Shown here piece by piece: positions 9,153 through 19,947 of a stretch of DNA of 64,000 bases (position 1 is the stretch's first letter; every line of letters starts with the position of its first letter). Under the pieces are notes generated by a model. It saw only the letters and a list, made by a program, of their open reading frames with translations, did not search any database and was not told where the DNA came from. Both the position numbers and the translations under genes were made by a program. The stretch is from a virus. Taxonomy: Duplodnaviria > Caudoviricetes. Location: IMG/VR virus record IMGVR_UViG_3300032007_000014. One strand, given 5' to 3'.

Positions 9153-10742
9153 TCAGTAGATGAACGGATTCGTGGCATCCCAGCCACCGACATTGCCCTG
9201 GCCGACGCCGAAGCCCAGACTGCTGAGAGCATTGTAGTTGTACGCCGAGGCGAGGCCCGTGATGTCGTACACCTGGTTGCCGTTCAGGTAGTCGTAGGTC
9301 AGATGCAGCGTCTTGCCGATCGCCTGAGCGATGGCGGAGAAGACGTTCGGATCGATGACCGCTTTGAACGTCATGTACAGGGATTCGGTTCCCTGCGGAT
9401 AATGACGTTTCACGTTGGCCAGCGTCACGCGCGGATCCATCTGGATCTGCAGGAAACTGGTCAGTTCCGAAGTGCGCGGAATGTCGACCGCGAGACTCAG
9501 GAAGTCGATCGACCGAGAGTCGACAGTCTCCTGGTTGGACTTGGTCACGACGCCGTCGAAGGAGCGGTAGCACTGGATGAACGGACGAACGTTCGGGCCA
9601 CCGATCGGGGTCTTCGTGAACGTGGACATGGCCGCCAGGAATCCGGCGCCGCTGTTGGCGATGAGGTTGTTGATCGCACCGATCTTGGCGCGGCCTTCCT
9701 GAATGTCGATCGCGAGAAGCGGTTTCATCGAGGTCAGGTACTGAGTGAAGAACTCATTACGCTGCGCGATGTCCTTGGCGAACCAGGGCTGGCCGTTCTC
9801 GTCGGTGATCAGGCGGCCGACGTTCGGAGAGTTCTTGGCGAAGCTGGAGAACTGTGCCATCCAGCCCTGCTTTTCGATGAATCCTTCGATCGCCAGACTG
9901 ATGCCGGTCGCGAGGATCGCGGGCGACTTGAAGTCGGACACGATGTCGGTGATCACGGTCATCGGGAGATACTTGACACCACCGAGAACCGGCTGCAGGC
10001 CGTTCATGCTGACATTGGGAGCCAGGATGAAGGTCGTGTATCCGGTGACGGCGAGAATCGGAGTCTTCTCGACTTCGGGACGGCCATAGCCGAGCTGATT
10101 CGGTTTCTGGCGGGTCGTGTAGAGAATCAGACCGATGTCATCGCGAGCGGGGATGTCGTGCGGATTCCGCGCGGAGATGAACTGACGGACGGCGTTGATG
10201 TCGGCGGACGCGACGAAGTCGCCACCGAAAGCATCGACCGTGACATTCGCCAGATTGGGATCGACCTGCGCATTGATTTCGTTGCGGATGTGGGTCGCCA
10301 TCTGGTTGGCGCGGGAATACATGCCGGGACGGACGACGATGCACTGATCGATCGCGATGCTGGCGTTGATCAGTTTCATGCGCTGATCGATGTCCTTGCG
10401 CATGGCGGCGACGGGGAGATCACCGGTGTTCTGATAGGAGGAACTGAAGATGAGCGCGATGCCGATCCGATTGTACGAGATCACGCAGGCCTCATAGTTC
10501 GTTCCATTGATGCGTTCGAAGTGCGCATCGAAGCCGGCTTTGACCAGCAGTTCCTTCACGGTGTCGAGATACTTCTGGCCTTCGGCATCCAGGTTGGACG
10601 GAGTGGCCAGACTGCCCAGCAGATCGAAGATGTTCTTCGCGCTGCTCGGCTGCGCCGCGGTCTCGGTGTTGGTCGGGTTGGGGTTGCTTCCTGCTTCGCT
10701 GGCGTTGCCACGATGCATGGAAATGGTGGATTCGTTTGCCAT
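9153..10742 (-). CDS. chmA: Chimallin (ChmA/PhuN)-like phage nucleus shell protein
   Basis: ~529 aa from ATG 10742 (SD AAGGAGG); immediately upstream of nvRNAP beta' N as for phiKZ gp54/gp55; extended N- and C-terminal arms; GC-rich codons like the capsid gene; early-promoter-like motif upstream. Call rests on synteny and architecture. Confidence 0.75.
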   Translation of the reverse strand: MANESTISMHRGNASEAGSNPNPTNTETAAQPSSAKNIFDLLGSLATPSNLDAEGQKYLDTVKELLVKAGFDAHFERINGTNYEACVISYNRIGIALIFSSSYQNTGDLPVAAMRKDIDQRMKLINASIAIDQCIVVRPGMYSRANQMATHIRNEINAQVDPNLANVTVDAFGGDFVASADINAVRQFISARNPHDIPARDDIGLILYTTRQKPNQLGYGRPEVEKTPILAVTGYTTFILAPNVSMNGLQPVLGGVKYLPMTVITDIVSDFKSPAILATGISLAIEGFIEKQGWMAQFSSFAKNSPNVGRLITDENGQPWFAKDIAQRNEFFTQYLTSMKPLLAIDIQEGRAKIGAINNLIANSGAGFLAAMSTFTKTPIGGPNVRPFIQCYRSFDGVVTKSNQETVDSRSIDFLSLAVDIPRTSELTSFLQIQMDPRVTLANVKRHYPQGTESLYMTFKAVIDPNVFSAIAQAIGKTLHLTYDYLNGNQVYDITGLASAYNYNALSSLGFGVGQGNVGGWDATNPFIY

Positions 10743-10848
10743 GATTTGCCTCCTTAAGGTTGGGTTGTTGGCATTCTTTGTGTACACGACGTCTTTTGAA
10801 GTTAGTTCCTAACGACTGGCTAGGTCGTCAGGTTTTGGCTTCAGTTCC

Positions 10849-10874
10849 ATAATATATATCCGTTCACTTAATGA
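10849..10874 (-). promoter_or_regulatory. Early-promoter-like motif TCA-N15-TATATTAT upstream of chimallin
   Basis: Shared motif and spacing with 5599, 44982 and 49407. Confidence 0.6.
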
Positions 10875-10923
10875 GAATTTTCCTGAGTTCGCATAGAGTG
10901 TATGGACTTTGTAATAAAATACC

Positions 10924-12111
10924 ATGCTTTCTCAGAGAGGAAATCAAACCATGCTTGATCGCATTTTGTCTGTACTTCCTCGTGGAAATCAGAAAAATCC
11001 TGTTGTGTATCAACGGATGATCGATACAATCAATTTCAGACTGGATATCCAGAAGAACAAGTTCTTACTCGGACATCCTGTTCAAACATCTGGAATTGAG
11101 TTGATTCGATTTCTGATGCTCAATATCGATCTTGAAGAGATTCTTTCGTACTCTTCTGATATCGATAGATTCACGAACATCATTGACTTTGTTGAATCTA
11201 CATTCAGAGGTGCGTTCGATCCAGTTTACAAAGGACGTATTGAGAGAGGATTGTTTACTGCTCGTGATGGAGGACAGAATATACCAGAGTTCATCATGAA
11301 CACTGAATATATCAACAAGTTCGATGAGTATCCATTTGACAAACCATATGTCGAATGGAAGAAACTTCGAGCTGTTCGCATAATCCATCACGATTCACTT
11401 GAATTGGTGTCTGATCTCCACAATTGGGCGATCAAATTCACCAAAGACATTCCGTCATATATGCTCTTCAGCATAGACATCAGAACACTTGTATTCAAGT
11501 GGGTGAAGTATGTTGAGTATTGCAGATACATCGATCAAGAACCCGATGATCGTGAGTTCTTGAAAACCAGTGAAATTATCCATTGGCATGATGATCTGTT
11601 CAACATCTGGCTGATTAACATCATCAATCAGTATCTCCAATTGAGATCTGATAATGAAGAGAACAATCAACCAGGATTCACCGCATACATTGATCCATTC
11701 ATCATTCGTGATGAACAGGTTCAATATGCTTTCGATGATCTTGGCAAGTTCATAGATCTTGCTAAAGATGGAGCAGTGCGTGTTCAGGATATTCTTGATA
11801 CACGTTGGATCAACAATCGTACTGTATCTGAAATGATCAAAGAACAACAAGAACAAGTTGCTCTTCCTGAAATCAGACAGTATCGTTGGTTGGACATCAT
11901 CCGTTGGATGCCTTATCTCAGAATGATTCTTCTTCTGAACAAGTTCTATCCGAAGGTTGGTCTTACCAAGATGATTGTTGAACGTGGACGAGACATCATG
12001 AACAGAGATCTGAAATTTCAGAATCTCTCCAACAATCTGTTGACCTCTGAAGCGAAGAAGAGATTAGCTATCTCTCTGCAAGAGATCAATGATCTTGTGA
12101 ATGAGTCGTAA
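10924..12111 (+). CDS. Conserved phiKZ-like hypothetical protein divergent from chimallin
   Basis: 395-aa ORF (start may be the Met at 10951, SD GAGAGG). Confidence 0.6.
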   Translation: MLSQRGNQTMLDRILSVLPRGNQKNPVVYQRMIDTINFRLDIQKNKFLLGHPVQTSGIELIRFLMLNIDLEEILSYSSDIDRFTNIIDFVESTFRGAFDPVYKGRIERGLFTARDGGQNIPEFIMNTEYINKFDEYPFDKPYVEWKKLRAVRIIHHDSLELVSDLHNWAIKFTKDIPSYMLFSIDIRTLVFKWVKYVEYCRYIDQEPDDREFLKTSEIIHWHDDLFNIWLINIINQYLQLRSDNEENNQPGFTAYIDPFIIRDEQVQYAFDDLGKFIDLAKDGAVRVQDILDTRWINNRTVSEMIKEQQEQVALPEIRQYRWLDIIRWMPYLRMILLLNKFYPKVGLTKMIVERGRDIMNRDLKFQNLSNNLLTSEAKKRLAISLQEINDLVNES

Positions 12112-12198
12112 CGTACTCTGTATGGATGTGCACCCATAGAGACTTGCGTCTCCGTGAGTACAATCTATATAATGAGTATCTCTTGTAAAATAATACAA

Positions 12199-12234
12199 CA
12201 AGTAGAGTCGGTCAGCAATGACCGACTCTACTTG
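12199..12234. terminator. Bidirectional terminator-like hairpin between convergent genes
   Basis: CAAGTAGAGTCGGTCA-gcaa-TGACCGACTCTACTTG, 16-bp perfect stem. Confidence 0.7.
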
Positions 12235-12243
12235 CTTATTGTT

Positions 12244-13626
12244 TCAGATGATTTGATTCATGTGGTTCAGCAATACAGTTGCATTGCATCCGAATGATGG
12301 CATCAGTGGATTGTCAAGCTGTTGTATTTCATACGTCACAGCTTCGCATGTACAATTGAGACACGCATATCCGAACTTGTCATCATAATGATACTTCACT
12401 GTTGTTCCTGGAAGGAAGGTGAACGGTCTTGCATTCTTCCAATCAAAACAAAGTGATGTTCCTTGGAATCGGAACAACTCGCTCTGTAAGGAATATGGAT
12501 TCCCGTGATTCCTTCTGAATTGGATATTGATGGTGGATGTTGAAACGGGATCAGATGGTTTCACCACATAGTTGATGACATTGGCAACAACGGAGTAAAG
12601 TTCATCTGCTTTGTTGATCTTCATACCATCAATGAGAGTCTGATCCATCTGTGTATTGTATGCAGTTGGATCGTTCTCAGAACCAAGGTCAGACCAATTC
12701 TTCTCAACCACATCTGTATTGCACAGGATCTCATATTTACCTGCACCAGAACCAGAGTTGGAGAACCACTTGTACCACTTACTGTATTCTGACTGATGTG
12801 AGAACTTGTTAAGTCCTTCAAAGTTCTTCTGACCAACGTAATAGATATCAATGAGATTCAAATCAATTGGTCTTCCGAATCTTGGGAAGATGAATAGAAC
12901 ATCATCTGTGATGTAGTAACAGAATCCATGTGCGTAAACACCATACCCTGGTGCTTTCTGGTAATAGTTCATTACCTCACACATCCCCATGGAAGGTGGA
13001 ACATAGAAGTTCGTGTAGACTGCCGTATTGTCAGGAGGGCTGATCACAGCTTTCTTGATACCAAACACATTGGCTGTATATTCCAATATGTTCTTCATGG
13101 TAGCTGTTGTCGCCATGAAATTCACACGGCGTTTCCTCATCTGAAATACAACATCCGAAACCAACTCAATCTCCACTTTGAAGTAGGTTCTATCAGTATC
13201 CTTTTCAGAGCGTTCGGATGGTTCCAATCTGTCAGCAGGGAATTGCTTGAAGATATCTGGATTGGTCATGAGGATCGCTCTGAACTTCCTTGAGAAATAA
13301 GGTTTCTCAGGGATAAAGGATGCAACTGTTGGATCGAATGCAGTGAACTCAAGAAGGCATTGAAGATCTTTCCTTGAGTTATAAAGAACAATGTAGGTGT
13401 TCTTCGGTACTTCGCATGTCATCGTGATCTTATCAGCATAATTCAAGATGAACTGCTGTTCGATCTTGATATTCTTGATATTCTTACTCATGGTGACATT
13501 GAAGCTTGGCTGAGATGGTGATGAGAACACCGCCCATACATTGATAACTTCGGACGCATTACCAATGTTATCGACAAGTTCACTCACCTTGGTAGCCAAC
13601 TGTGGGCTTAAATGAGTCAACATCAT
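12244..13626 (-). CDS. Putative virion structural protein (baseplate-hub-like)
   Basis: 460 aa, beta-rich, in a cluster of phiKZ-like structural genes; function inferred. Confidence 0.45.
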   Translation of the reverse strand: MMLTHLSPQLATKVSELVDNIGNASEVINVWAVFSSPSQPSFNVTMSKNIKNIKIEQQFILNYADKITMTCEVPKNTYIVLYNSRKDLQCLLEFTAFDPTVASFIPEKPYFSRKFRAILMTNPDIFKQFPADRLEPSERSEKDTDRTYFKVEIELVSDVVFQMRKRRVNFMATTATMKNILEYTANVFGIKKAVISPPDNTAVYTNFYVPPSMGMCEVMNYYQKAPGYGVYAHGFCYYITDDVLFIFPRFGRPIDLNLIDIYYVGQKNFEGLNKFSHQSEYSKWYKWFSNSGSGAGKYEILCNTDVVEKNWSDLGSENDPTAYNTQMDQTLIDGMKINKADELYSVVANVINYVVKPSDPVSTSTINIQFRRNHGNPYSLQSELFRFQGTSLCFDWKNARPFTFLPGTTVKYHYDDKFGYACLNCTCEAVTYEIQQLDNPLMPSFGCNATVLLNHMNQII

Positions 13627-14093
13627 TTCTTAGATCCTCCTCCATCGAGAAGTGATAGGATAATATCTGTGATGGATTTCGGTGCAGGAGGTCTCTTCAT
13701 TTGACGTCTTCTCTTTTCAACTCTGTCCTGCATGATCTTGTAGGTTTCTTTTGCATGTTTCATGAATGACATCTGTTCGACATCTCGTGATTGATTGATG
13801 TATTCTTCATATGTCTCGATGTACATACGAAGAAGTTCTGTAATCTCGAACACATCATCTCGATTGTACAATGAAAACTCTGTTCCGTTGGACATCATGT
13901 CGATGATATAAGAGATAGGAACCATGGAGATACATTTGTTGTTCTCATCCATAGGTCCTGGTGCATACACCGGAGGTGGTGCATCTTCTTTCAAAAAGAG
14001 AGGATGAATGACTGGTTGATATGTCTCGTTTACGATAACTTTGAAGTTACGTTTGTTGATCATATCAGCGATGTCTCTGTAGATGATAGGCAT
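13623..14093 (-). CDS. Hypothetical protein
   Basis: 156-aa ORF coupled to the downstream gene. Confidence 0.55.
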   Translation of the reverse strand: MPIIYRDIADMINKRNFKVIVNETYQPVIHPLFLKEDAPPPVYAPGPMDENNKCISMVPISYIIDMMSNGTEFSLYNRDDVFEITELLRMYIETYEEYINQSRDVEQMSFMKHAKETYKIMQDRVEKRRRQMKRPPAPKSITDIILSLLDGGGSKK

Positions 14094-14172
14094 GATTTTA
14101 TCCTTTGTTTTAAGTCATAAGATAGAAGCAGACAGGTAGAGGAATATTCCTCTACCTGTCTGTGTAAAAGGT

Positions 14173-15651
14173 TTATTCGTAGATTCCTTGTTCTTTCCGA
14201 ATGTACTCAACTGCTTTCATTGCGAGGAACATGTACAGAGGCATCTTGTAGAACTGTTCTATGGGAGGAAGGTTATACACCTCTTCGATGCACTTGTGCA
14301 ATGCTTTCAAGTTGATAGCACGTTCGGTAAGGAATGTCTTCACAAGTTCTTCATGTTCTGTAGAACCTGAGAAGATGAAGGAGAATCCGCCTGCAGATCC
14401 AGCACCATCAGAGAACGCACTTGTGTTGAAGAACAGGCATTCATGATAATGTGGATGGAGGTGAATCAGAAGATCTCCGATCATATCGTTGGATGGATTC
14501 GTTTCTGTGTCAAGGATATCTCCACCATCTCCTTCATTGTCATCACAATCTTCCGATGAACAAATGTCATAGAGAGATGGTGAATCAATGAACTCGGTGT
14601 ACTGCTTGTTAAGCAGAGCATTGAGTCTGGTGTAAGTAGATCCAACTGTAAGTGTCTTGACAGTGATCTCAGTTGGAACTGCTTGAAGTGGAATAGTTTC
14701 CTTGATGAACGCACGCCAGATATTCACATCCATGAATGGAGCATCTTCCATGAACTGGATCGGGAGACCACCCATGTTCCTGTAATCCACAATCTGGTGA
14801 ATAAAATCCACCATGTAAGGATCGTAGATACCATCGGGTCTCATGATCGATCTGTAGATCTTGCGTTCATAGAACTTGCTCATGTAGTATGATGTCATCT
14901 GGTAGTAGCTCTTGTGCAAGAAACGAAGTTCAACTGCTTCATCATGAAGAAGCAATGCACCTGGTTCATTCAGAAAACGTTTCTTGTCGAACCAAGCTTC
15001 ATCTCTCACTCGCTTATCAAGTGCTTCCTGCATTTCATCTGTCATGATGTTAGTCATCCAGAAATGAATGCGGAAATACGTTGATGAACGAATAGCTGTG
15101 CGTTCCGGAATCTCATCGATTGTCATCAGACCAATAACACCAGTATCCACTTCCATAGTGAATCTGTCACCTTGTTCAGGTCTGAATCCAGGATAGCAGA
15201 TTGCTTCACCTGTTAGTCTGCTCTCTTGACCATTCTCTCTGTCGTGTTCATACGAGAGTGCTGAAGTGAGACGAACTTCAAATCCGTGAATTCGAAGATA
15301 CGAGTAATGTACATCGTTCATATCGAACTCAGAGATCTTGTTCTTTCCACCAATATCTGTTTCAGGATTCTGATCCTTGTAGTATGTAACCACAAGAGGA
15401 GATCCTTCAGCAAAACCCTTCATGTACTGAACAATGGAAGCCCTTCTATCAACGTTGATAGCCTGTTGGTTGTTGAAGGTGCTTTTGACATATGTGCGTT
15501 TCGCATACATGTCATCAGGCTGTGGAAGTACTTCAGGGATTTTAGTCAGATTCGGATGTTCTTTGGTATCAACATTCGGTTCCAACTTACTCTCATTGAC
15601 AGGAGATGATTTCAGAGCGGATGGATTGTTCTTTTCACTTGCAAATGCCAT
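14173..15651 (-). CDS. Putative virion structural protein
   Basis: 492 aa; GEAICYPGFRPEQGDRF and IYDPY segments resemble phiKZ-like virion proteins as recalled. Confidence 0.5.
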   Translation of the reverse strand: MAFASEKNNPSALKSSPVNESKLEPNVDTKEHPNLTKIPEVLPQPDDMYAKRTYVKSTFNNQQAINVDRRASIVQYMKGFAEGSPLVVTYYKDQNPETDIGGKNKISEFDMNDVHYSYLRIHGFEVRLTSALSYEHDRENGQESRLTGEAICYPGFRPEQGDRFTMEVDTGVIGLMTIDEIPERTAIRSSTYFRIHFWMTNIMTDEMQEALDKRVRDEAWFDKKRFLNEPGALLLHDEAVELRFLHKSYYQMTSYYMSKFYERKIYRSIMRPDGIYDPYMVDFIHQIVDYRNMGGLPIQFMEDAPFMDVNIWRAFIKETIPLQAVPTEITVKTLTVGSTYTRLNALLNKQYTEFIDSPSLYDICSSEDCDDNEGDGGDILDTETNPSNDMIGDLLIHLHPHYHECLFFNTSAFSDGAGSAGGFSFIFSGSTEHEELVKTFLTERAINLKALHKCIEEVYNLPPIEQFYKMPLYMFLAMKAVEYIRKEQGIYE

Positions 15652-15658
15652 AGCTCAA

Positions 15659-17074
15659 TCATCCTCGTTTTTCAACCAACAGATTGCACATAAGAACTCT
15701 GAATTGAGTGAAATGTGTGATCTTCGGTTCAGTACATTGTGACAACACGAATCTGTAGACACGTTTGACATTCTTGTTCTTGATCTTCAAGACAGAACCA
15801 TCGAATTCGAGAAGAGATGGATCCACTTGCATATCGTCGGCGAATACACCAATGTGATAAGGGAATCCAATCTCCAGACATTTGGCTCCGTATTTTTGAT
15901 AAGAAGCAAGGACTTCTGGAATCAATGCATATCCAGGAATGTCAGTGGAGATGTCGATGTCCGTTGTCCTGTTCTCATCATCCACATTGTCAAGAGTGAT
16001 GATACCAACGAAGAAAGGATGGTATTTCCTCTTGAACAAGATAGATGTTTGTTGAACAGTCCAATCATCCCACCATGGATAGTGGACACACAGAGGTTTC
16101 TTGGTGGAAGCTTCTTGTTTCTTGTACCACGTATCCACGGCTATGTTTTGCCATCTGATATTCCCTTCGTTGTGAATCCTATATTCAGGATCCACAGGAA
16201 CATAATCAAATGGAATCAGATAATTGTTGACAGTTTCAGGGTATTCAAGAAGAACTCTATCCACCTTGGCAAACTGACAAGTCACATTGAAATTGACAAT
16301 GAACTTTCCAGTCTGTCCGGCATCAGGTGCTTCTTGACTGCATTCGATCTGGAAGATAGCATTCTTTTGATTGTGCTGAATCACACACTCTCTGTCATTC
16401 ATCTCGACTCTTCGATTGGTCGTCAAATTGATCTGACCTTTCGAATTCTTGTACAACCACTTGAAGTATTCGGTTTTATCGATTCCTTCCATCTGGCTGA
16501 TGACATAGAGAGTGTTGAGGATCTGGACAGGGACTGGATAATCATACACCAGATCGAAGTATTGGACCATTTCACCATTGGTAAAAGTTTGGAACAATCT
16601 TGACAATGTTTCAGTTGCTGTTGTGTTCGATGTAAAGATCATCTGAACTTCCATCGTGAAGTTAGCAGCAACCACATGTTCTTCCAACAATGTCCTCACA
16701 TCTGCATTGGAGAACACGGGATAAACTGTATCTTTTGTCCAGTCCAACCAAGGTTTCTTTGTCTTGGTTTGGTGACCACCTGTGATCAAGGTATTTCCAT
16801 TCCCAAGATCAATGGTCGTTCCATTTCCTTCCCATTTATTCTGGGACATGTTGTAACTTGGAGTGAGCGTTGCAATACATCGATCACGATTGATTTTCGC
16901 ATTGCTATCATCATCCACAGACTTGGATGTGGCACGTGTATCGGATTGCATATCAACGTTGACAAAGGTATGATCCCTTCCCAACTTCTTGATAATCAAT
17001 CCAAGTAGCTGTTGTGCACATGCTTCGTAGATATGATTTTGTTGCTCACGCACGTTCGTTATAAGCTTGAGCAT
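15659..17074 (-). CDS. Putative virion structural protein
   Basis: 471-aa ORF in the same operon. Confidence 0.45.
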   Translation of the reverse strand: MLKLITNVREQQNHIYEACAQQLLGLIIKKLGRDHTFVNVDMQSDTRATSKSVDDDSNAKINRDRCIATLTPSYNMSQNKWEGNGTTIDLGNGNTLITGGHQTKTKKPWLDWTKDTVYPVFSNADVRTLLEEHVVAANFTMEVQMIFTSNTTATETLSRLFQTFTNGEMVQYFDLVYDYPVPVQILNTLYVISQMEGIDKTEYFKWLYKNSKGQINLTTNRRVEMNDRECVIQHNQKNAIFQIECSQEAPDAGQTGKFIVNFNVTCQFAKVDRVLLEYPETVNNYLIPFDYVPVDPEYRIHNEGNIRWQNIAVDTWYKKQEASTKKPLCVHYPWWDDWTVQQTSILFKRKYHPFFVGIITLDNVDDENRTTDIDISTDIPGYALIPEVLASYQKYGAKCLEIGFPYHIGVFADDMQVDPSLLEFDGSVLKIKNKNVKRVYRFVLSQCTEPKITHFTQFRVLMCNLLVEKRG

Positions 17075-17215
17075 CGTGGTTTTCCTTTAGGTTTACGTTA
17101 CATACGATGGTCGGATCACCTAATTCATATCTGTATTTTGATATGATCAAGTCTATAATTATGCGTAATTGTTTTAGTCTAAGGCTTGTCCACACTAACA
17201 CTGGAGGTGACTTAA

Positions 17216-18616
17216 ATGCCTATGTTTGATCTAACGGCAAGTATGGAGGATGTCAGACTTGCCACAAAAACTGTGAACTTCAATACGGACACATTATTCG
17301 ACTACCAAGTTGGTTCGGTCGAGAGAGGAGTAGATGGTAAGTTCTACCTGAGTGGTGGATATGGACCATCTCTCATCGGAGGTATTGCAAAACCAGGATA
17401 CTACAAATCCACTCTCATGGGTTCGTTCGCCGCAAGAATCTCGGCACTCTATCAGGTCCAGGAATTCATTCTCGACAGTGAGGATGCAATCTCTCGTGAC
17501 AGAGATCGTCTCGTTAGATTTGCTGGAGAACACAGTGGTCTCATTGATGCTGACAAACAGATCATCTGTCTGGATGGTACATCAGAATACGACGTCGATC
17601 ATCTCTTGAAGTTTGTTCAAGAGATCTGCGAGAACAAGAAGAAACATGCGAAAGATCTGATGATCACAACTCCTTTCCACGATGCAGCGTGCAGTGGAAA
17701 AGAACTTCGTATGCTTGCACCAACGGTGTTGTTCGTTGACTCTCTCACAGAACTGCATTGCTTGGATGAAATGAAGATCGTTGATGAAGGTCTTGATTCC
17801 AGCAAAGCCACAACCATCGCCATGCGCGATGCACTGAAGAAGACTTATCTTCTCAGATGGCTCAAGAAACTTGCTGTTGAATACAACATCATTGTTGTGC
17901 TTACGGCACACTTTGGAAAGAAGATCGACATCGATGGTGGATATGGTCCTACTCCAAAAACCATGCAGTTCATGCAGGCTGACATGGCAATCAAAGGTGT
18001 TGGAAGCAAATTCACCTTCCTGACGTCACCGCAGGTCAACATCGATTCTTGCAAAGTTTTGCAGGATGATTCAAAGCAATGCTGGTATAAGTTCGGTGAC
18101 ACCGGACCTATGGATGTCAATGAGTTGATCGTCAAGATCCAGCGTTGCAAGAATAACAATGCTGGAACCATGCAACCTTACATCGTCAGTCAATCCAATG
18201 GATATTTGGAAGATGCAACGAATTTTCATTATACCAAGACAATTGGCAAGATGTTTGGTCTTTCTGGAAATATGACAACTTGTTCGCACACTCTTGTTCC
18301 TGACAAAACCATGACAAGGAACAGCATGCGTAAAGTCATCGGAGAAGATTACAGGATTCACAGAGCATTCCAGTTGACGGCACAACTTCTGTACTTGCAG
18401 AGGAATTGGAATATCAATGAACTGTTCCCACACAATGTGGAACCAGAGAGATTCTGTGATTTCATTCTCAGCAGCAAAGATCCTTACACCAAGGATATGA
18501 TTCTTGAATCAAGGAGTTACTGGCTTCCGAAGGAAATCAAGTCAGAAAGACCTTACATGTCCTTGATGGATATTCTTGAGTTGATCAAGAACAACAGCAA
18601 ACCTCTCGTGAAGTAA
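17216..18616 (+). CDS. uvsX: UvsX/RecA-like recombinase
   Basis: Walker A-like AKPGYYKST, Walker B LFVDSL, size typical of phiKZ-like RecA. Confidence 0.8.
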   Translation: MPMFDLTASMEDVRLATKTVNFNTDTLFDYQVGSVERGVDGKFYLSGGYGPSLIGGIAKPGYYKSTLMGSFAARISALYQVQEFILDSEDAISRDRDRLVRFAGEHSGLIDADKQIICLDGTSEYDVDHLLKFVQEICENKKKHAKDLMITTPFHDAACSGKELRMLAPTVLFVDSLTELHCLDEMKIVDEGLDSSKATTIAMRDALKKTYLLRWLKKLAVEYNIIVVLTAHFGKKIDIDGGYGPTPKTMQFMQADMAIKGVGSKFTFLTSPQVNIDSCKVLQDDSKQCWYKFGDTGPMDVNELIVKIQRCKNNNAGTMQPYIVSQSNGYLEDATNFHYTKTIGKMFGLSGNMTTCSHTLVPDKTMTRNSMRKVIGEDYRIHRAFQLTAQLLYLQRNWNINELFPHNVEPERFCDFILSSKDPYTKDMILESRSYWLPKEIKSERPYMSLMDILELIKNNSKPLVK

Positions 18617-18628
18617 CAGGAATGGAAC

Positions 18629-18847
18629 ATGAATCAAGAGAAACGAAGACAACGGGCGAAAGAGAAAGCCCGATTGAACAGAATTCAACGGAACAAACCA
18701 AAACAGAATCCATCACGACCTGCTGGTTTGTTCACAAAACAAAAAGTTGTGAGAAGAGCAATGAAAACATTCAGCATCGCTGCATTGTTGATGATATTGC
18801 TCGGATCCATCGCAGTAATCTGCACCTTGCTTCGACTTGCATTTTGA
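18629..18847 (+). CDS. Small basic protein with C-terminal transmembrane segment
   Basis: 72 aa, basic N-terminus plus IAALLMILLGSIAVICTLL. Confidence 0.45.
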   Translation: MNQEKRRQRAKEKARLNRIQRNKPKQNPSRPAGLFTKQKVVRRAMKTFSIAALLMILLGSIAVICTLLRLAF

Positions 18848-19036
18848 TAATCCTTGTTACAATATTCTTAACAGGATGTTGTAGTGTTGGATTGCATATT
18901 GACAAGTATGGAGCAAGAATTGGAAAAGAAAAGATAGAGAGTTATGAAGATGAAAATGGTTCCGTGTATTTGTACATGAAATTCACTGGAATTGGATTCT
19001 TCTGGTATCCTATCTTTGGAAGATGATCTACAAAAG

Positions 19037-19072
19037 CTAACACACTCCAGGAGTAATCCTGGAGTGTGTTAG
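19037..19072. terminator. Bidirectional terminator-like hairpin
   Basis: CTAACACACTCCAGGA-gtaa-TCCTGGAGTGTGTTAG between convergent genes. Confidence 0.7.
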
Positions 19073-19077
19073 TAAGT

Positions 19078-19839
19078 TTATTCTTTGTCTTTCACTTTGT
19101 CAGCAACTGCAGACACAGTATCAACCACAGTTCCTGCAACACCACCTTGTGCTTTGTACTTGGTGTATACTTTGATCACGACAAGTACAAGAACAACAAG
19201 AGCAAGCAATGCAAGAACAACGTATTTCACGATGACCTTGATGTTACTCATGGATGATGTTACTGTGGTACCAGCAGTGTCAACTGTTTTCACAACAGCT
19301 TCTTTGGTTGCTTCTGCAACAGGTGGAACGATCTTCGGAGCAACTTCAGCAGTCTTGTCAACAATCTTGTCGATGCCTGTTGAAGATGGTTCCACTTCAG
19401 GAGGTTGTGATCCTGATCCTGTGGCAGCACCAATTGTCTTGGTTGCTGTTGGTTGTGGTTCAGGTGCAGTGCGAACAAGGTAATTCTTTGCAAGAGCAAT
19501 TTTGACTTCAGCAGGAACTTTGTCAGATGTCATGACACTCTCGACATAACCTTCATTCAACTGAGGTCCTGATTTAAGAGTGTTAACTCTCCCAGTTCCT
19601 CCAGTTGTTGCGACCAAACCACCACCTGTTGAACTTTGTGTTGTGAAACTACAATTGCCTCTGATAGAAGCAGTTGTTATTTCAGATTGTCCGATACGGA
19701 CACCAACAGGTGTTCCATACACTGGCACGGTGGCATCCAGACCAATGGCTTTCAGTTCTGTGAACACATTGTGTCCACAACCACCGCACATCAGCATGAT
19801 GGGAGTAAAACAAAGAAGCATTTTGAACAAATTCTTCAT
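19078..19839 (-). CDS. Lipoprotein with C-terminal transmembrane helix; candidate unimolecular spanin
   Basis: Signal peptide ending LMCGG-C and C-terminal YVVLALLALVVLVLVVI followed by lysines; SD GGAGG. Confidence 0.5.
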   Translation of the reverse strand: MKNLFKMLLCFTPIMLMCGGCGHNVFTELKAIGLDATVPVYGTPVGVRIGQSEITTASIRGNCSFTTQSSTGGGLVATTGGTGRVNTLKSGPQLNEGYVESVMTSDKVPAEVKIALAKNYLVRTAPEPQPTATKTIGAATGSGSQPPEVEPSSTGIDKIVDKTAEVAPKIVPPVAEATKEAVVKTVDTAGTTVTSSMSNIKVIVKYVVLALLALVVLVLVVIKVYTKYKAQGGVAGTVVDTVSAVADKVKDKE

Positions 19840-19947
19840 TTGACACCTCCCTTTATGAGTTCCATTTTAGCAATATTCTCCAAGGAATTTCCACGGATAT
19901 TTGTTCTACGAACCTGCTAAAATGTTAGGTGTGATCGGATGGATTGC

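Noticed and set aside
9303-10757. 484-aa plus-strand ORF
   Set aside because: Antisense shadow of the codon-biased chimallin-like gene; no SD or motifs
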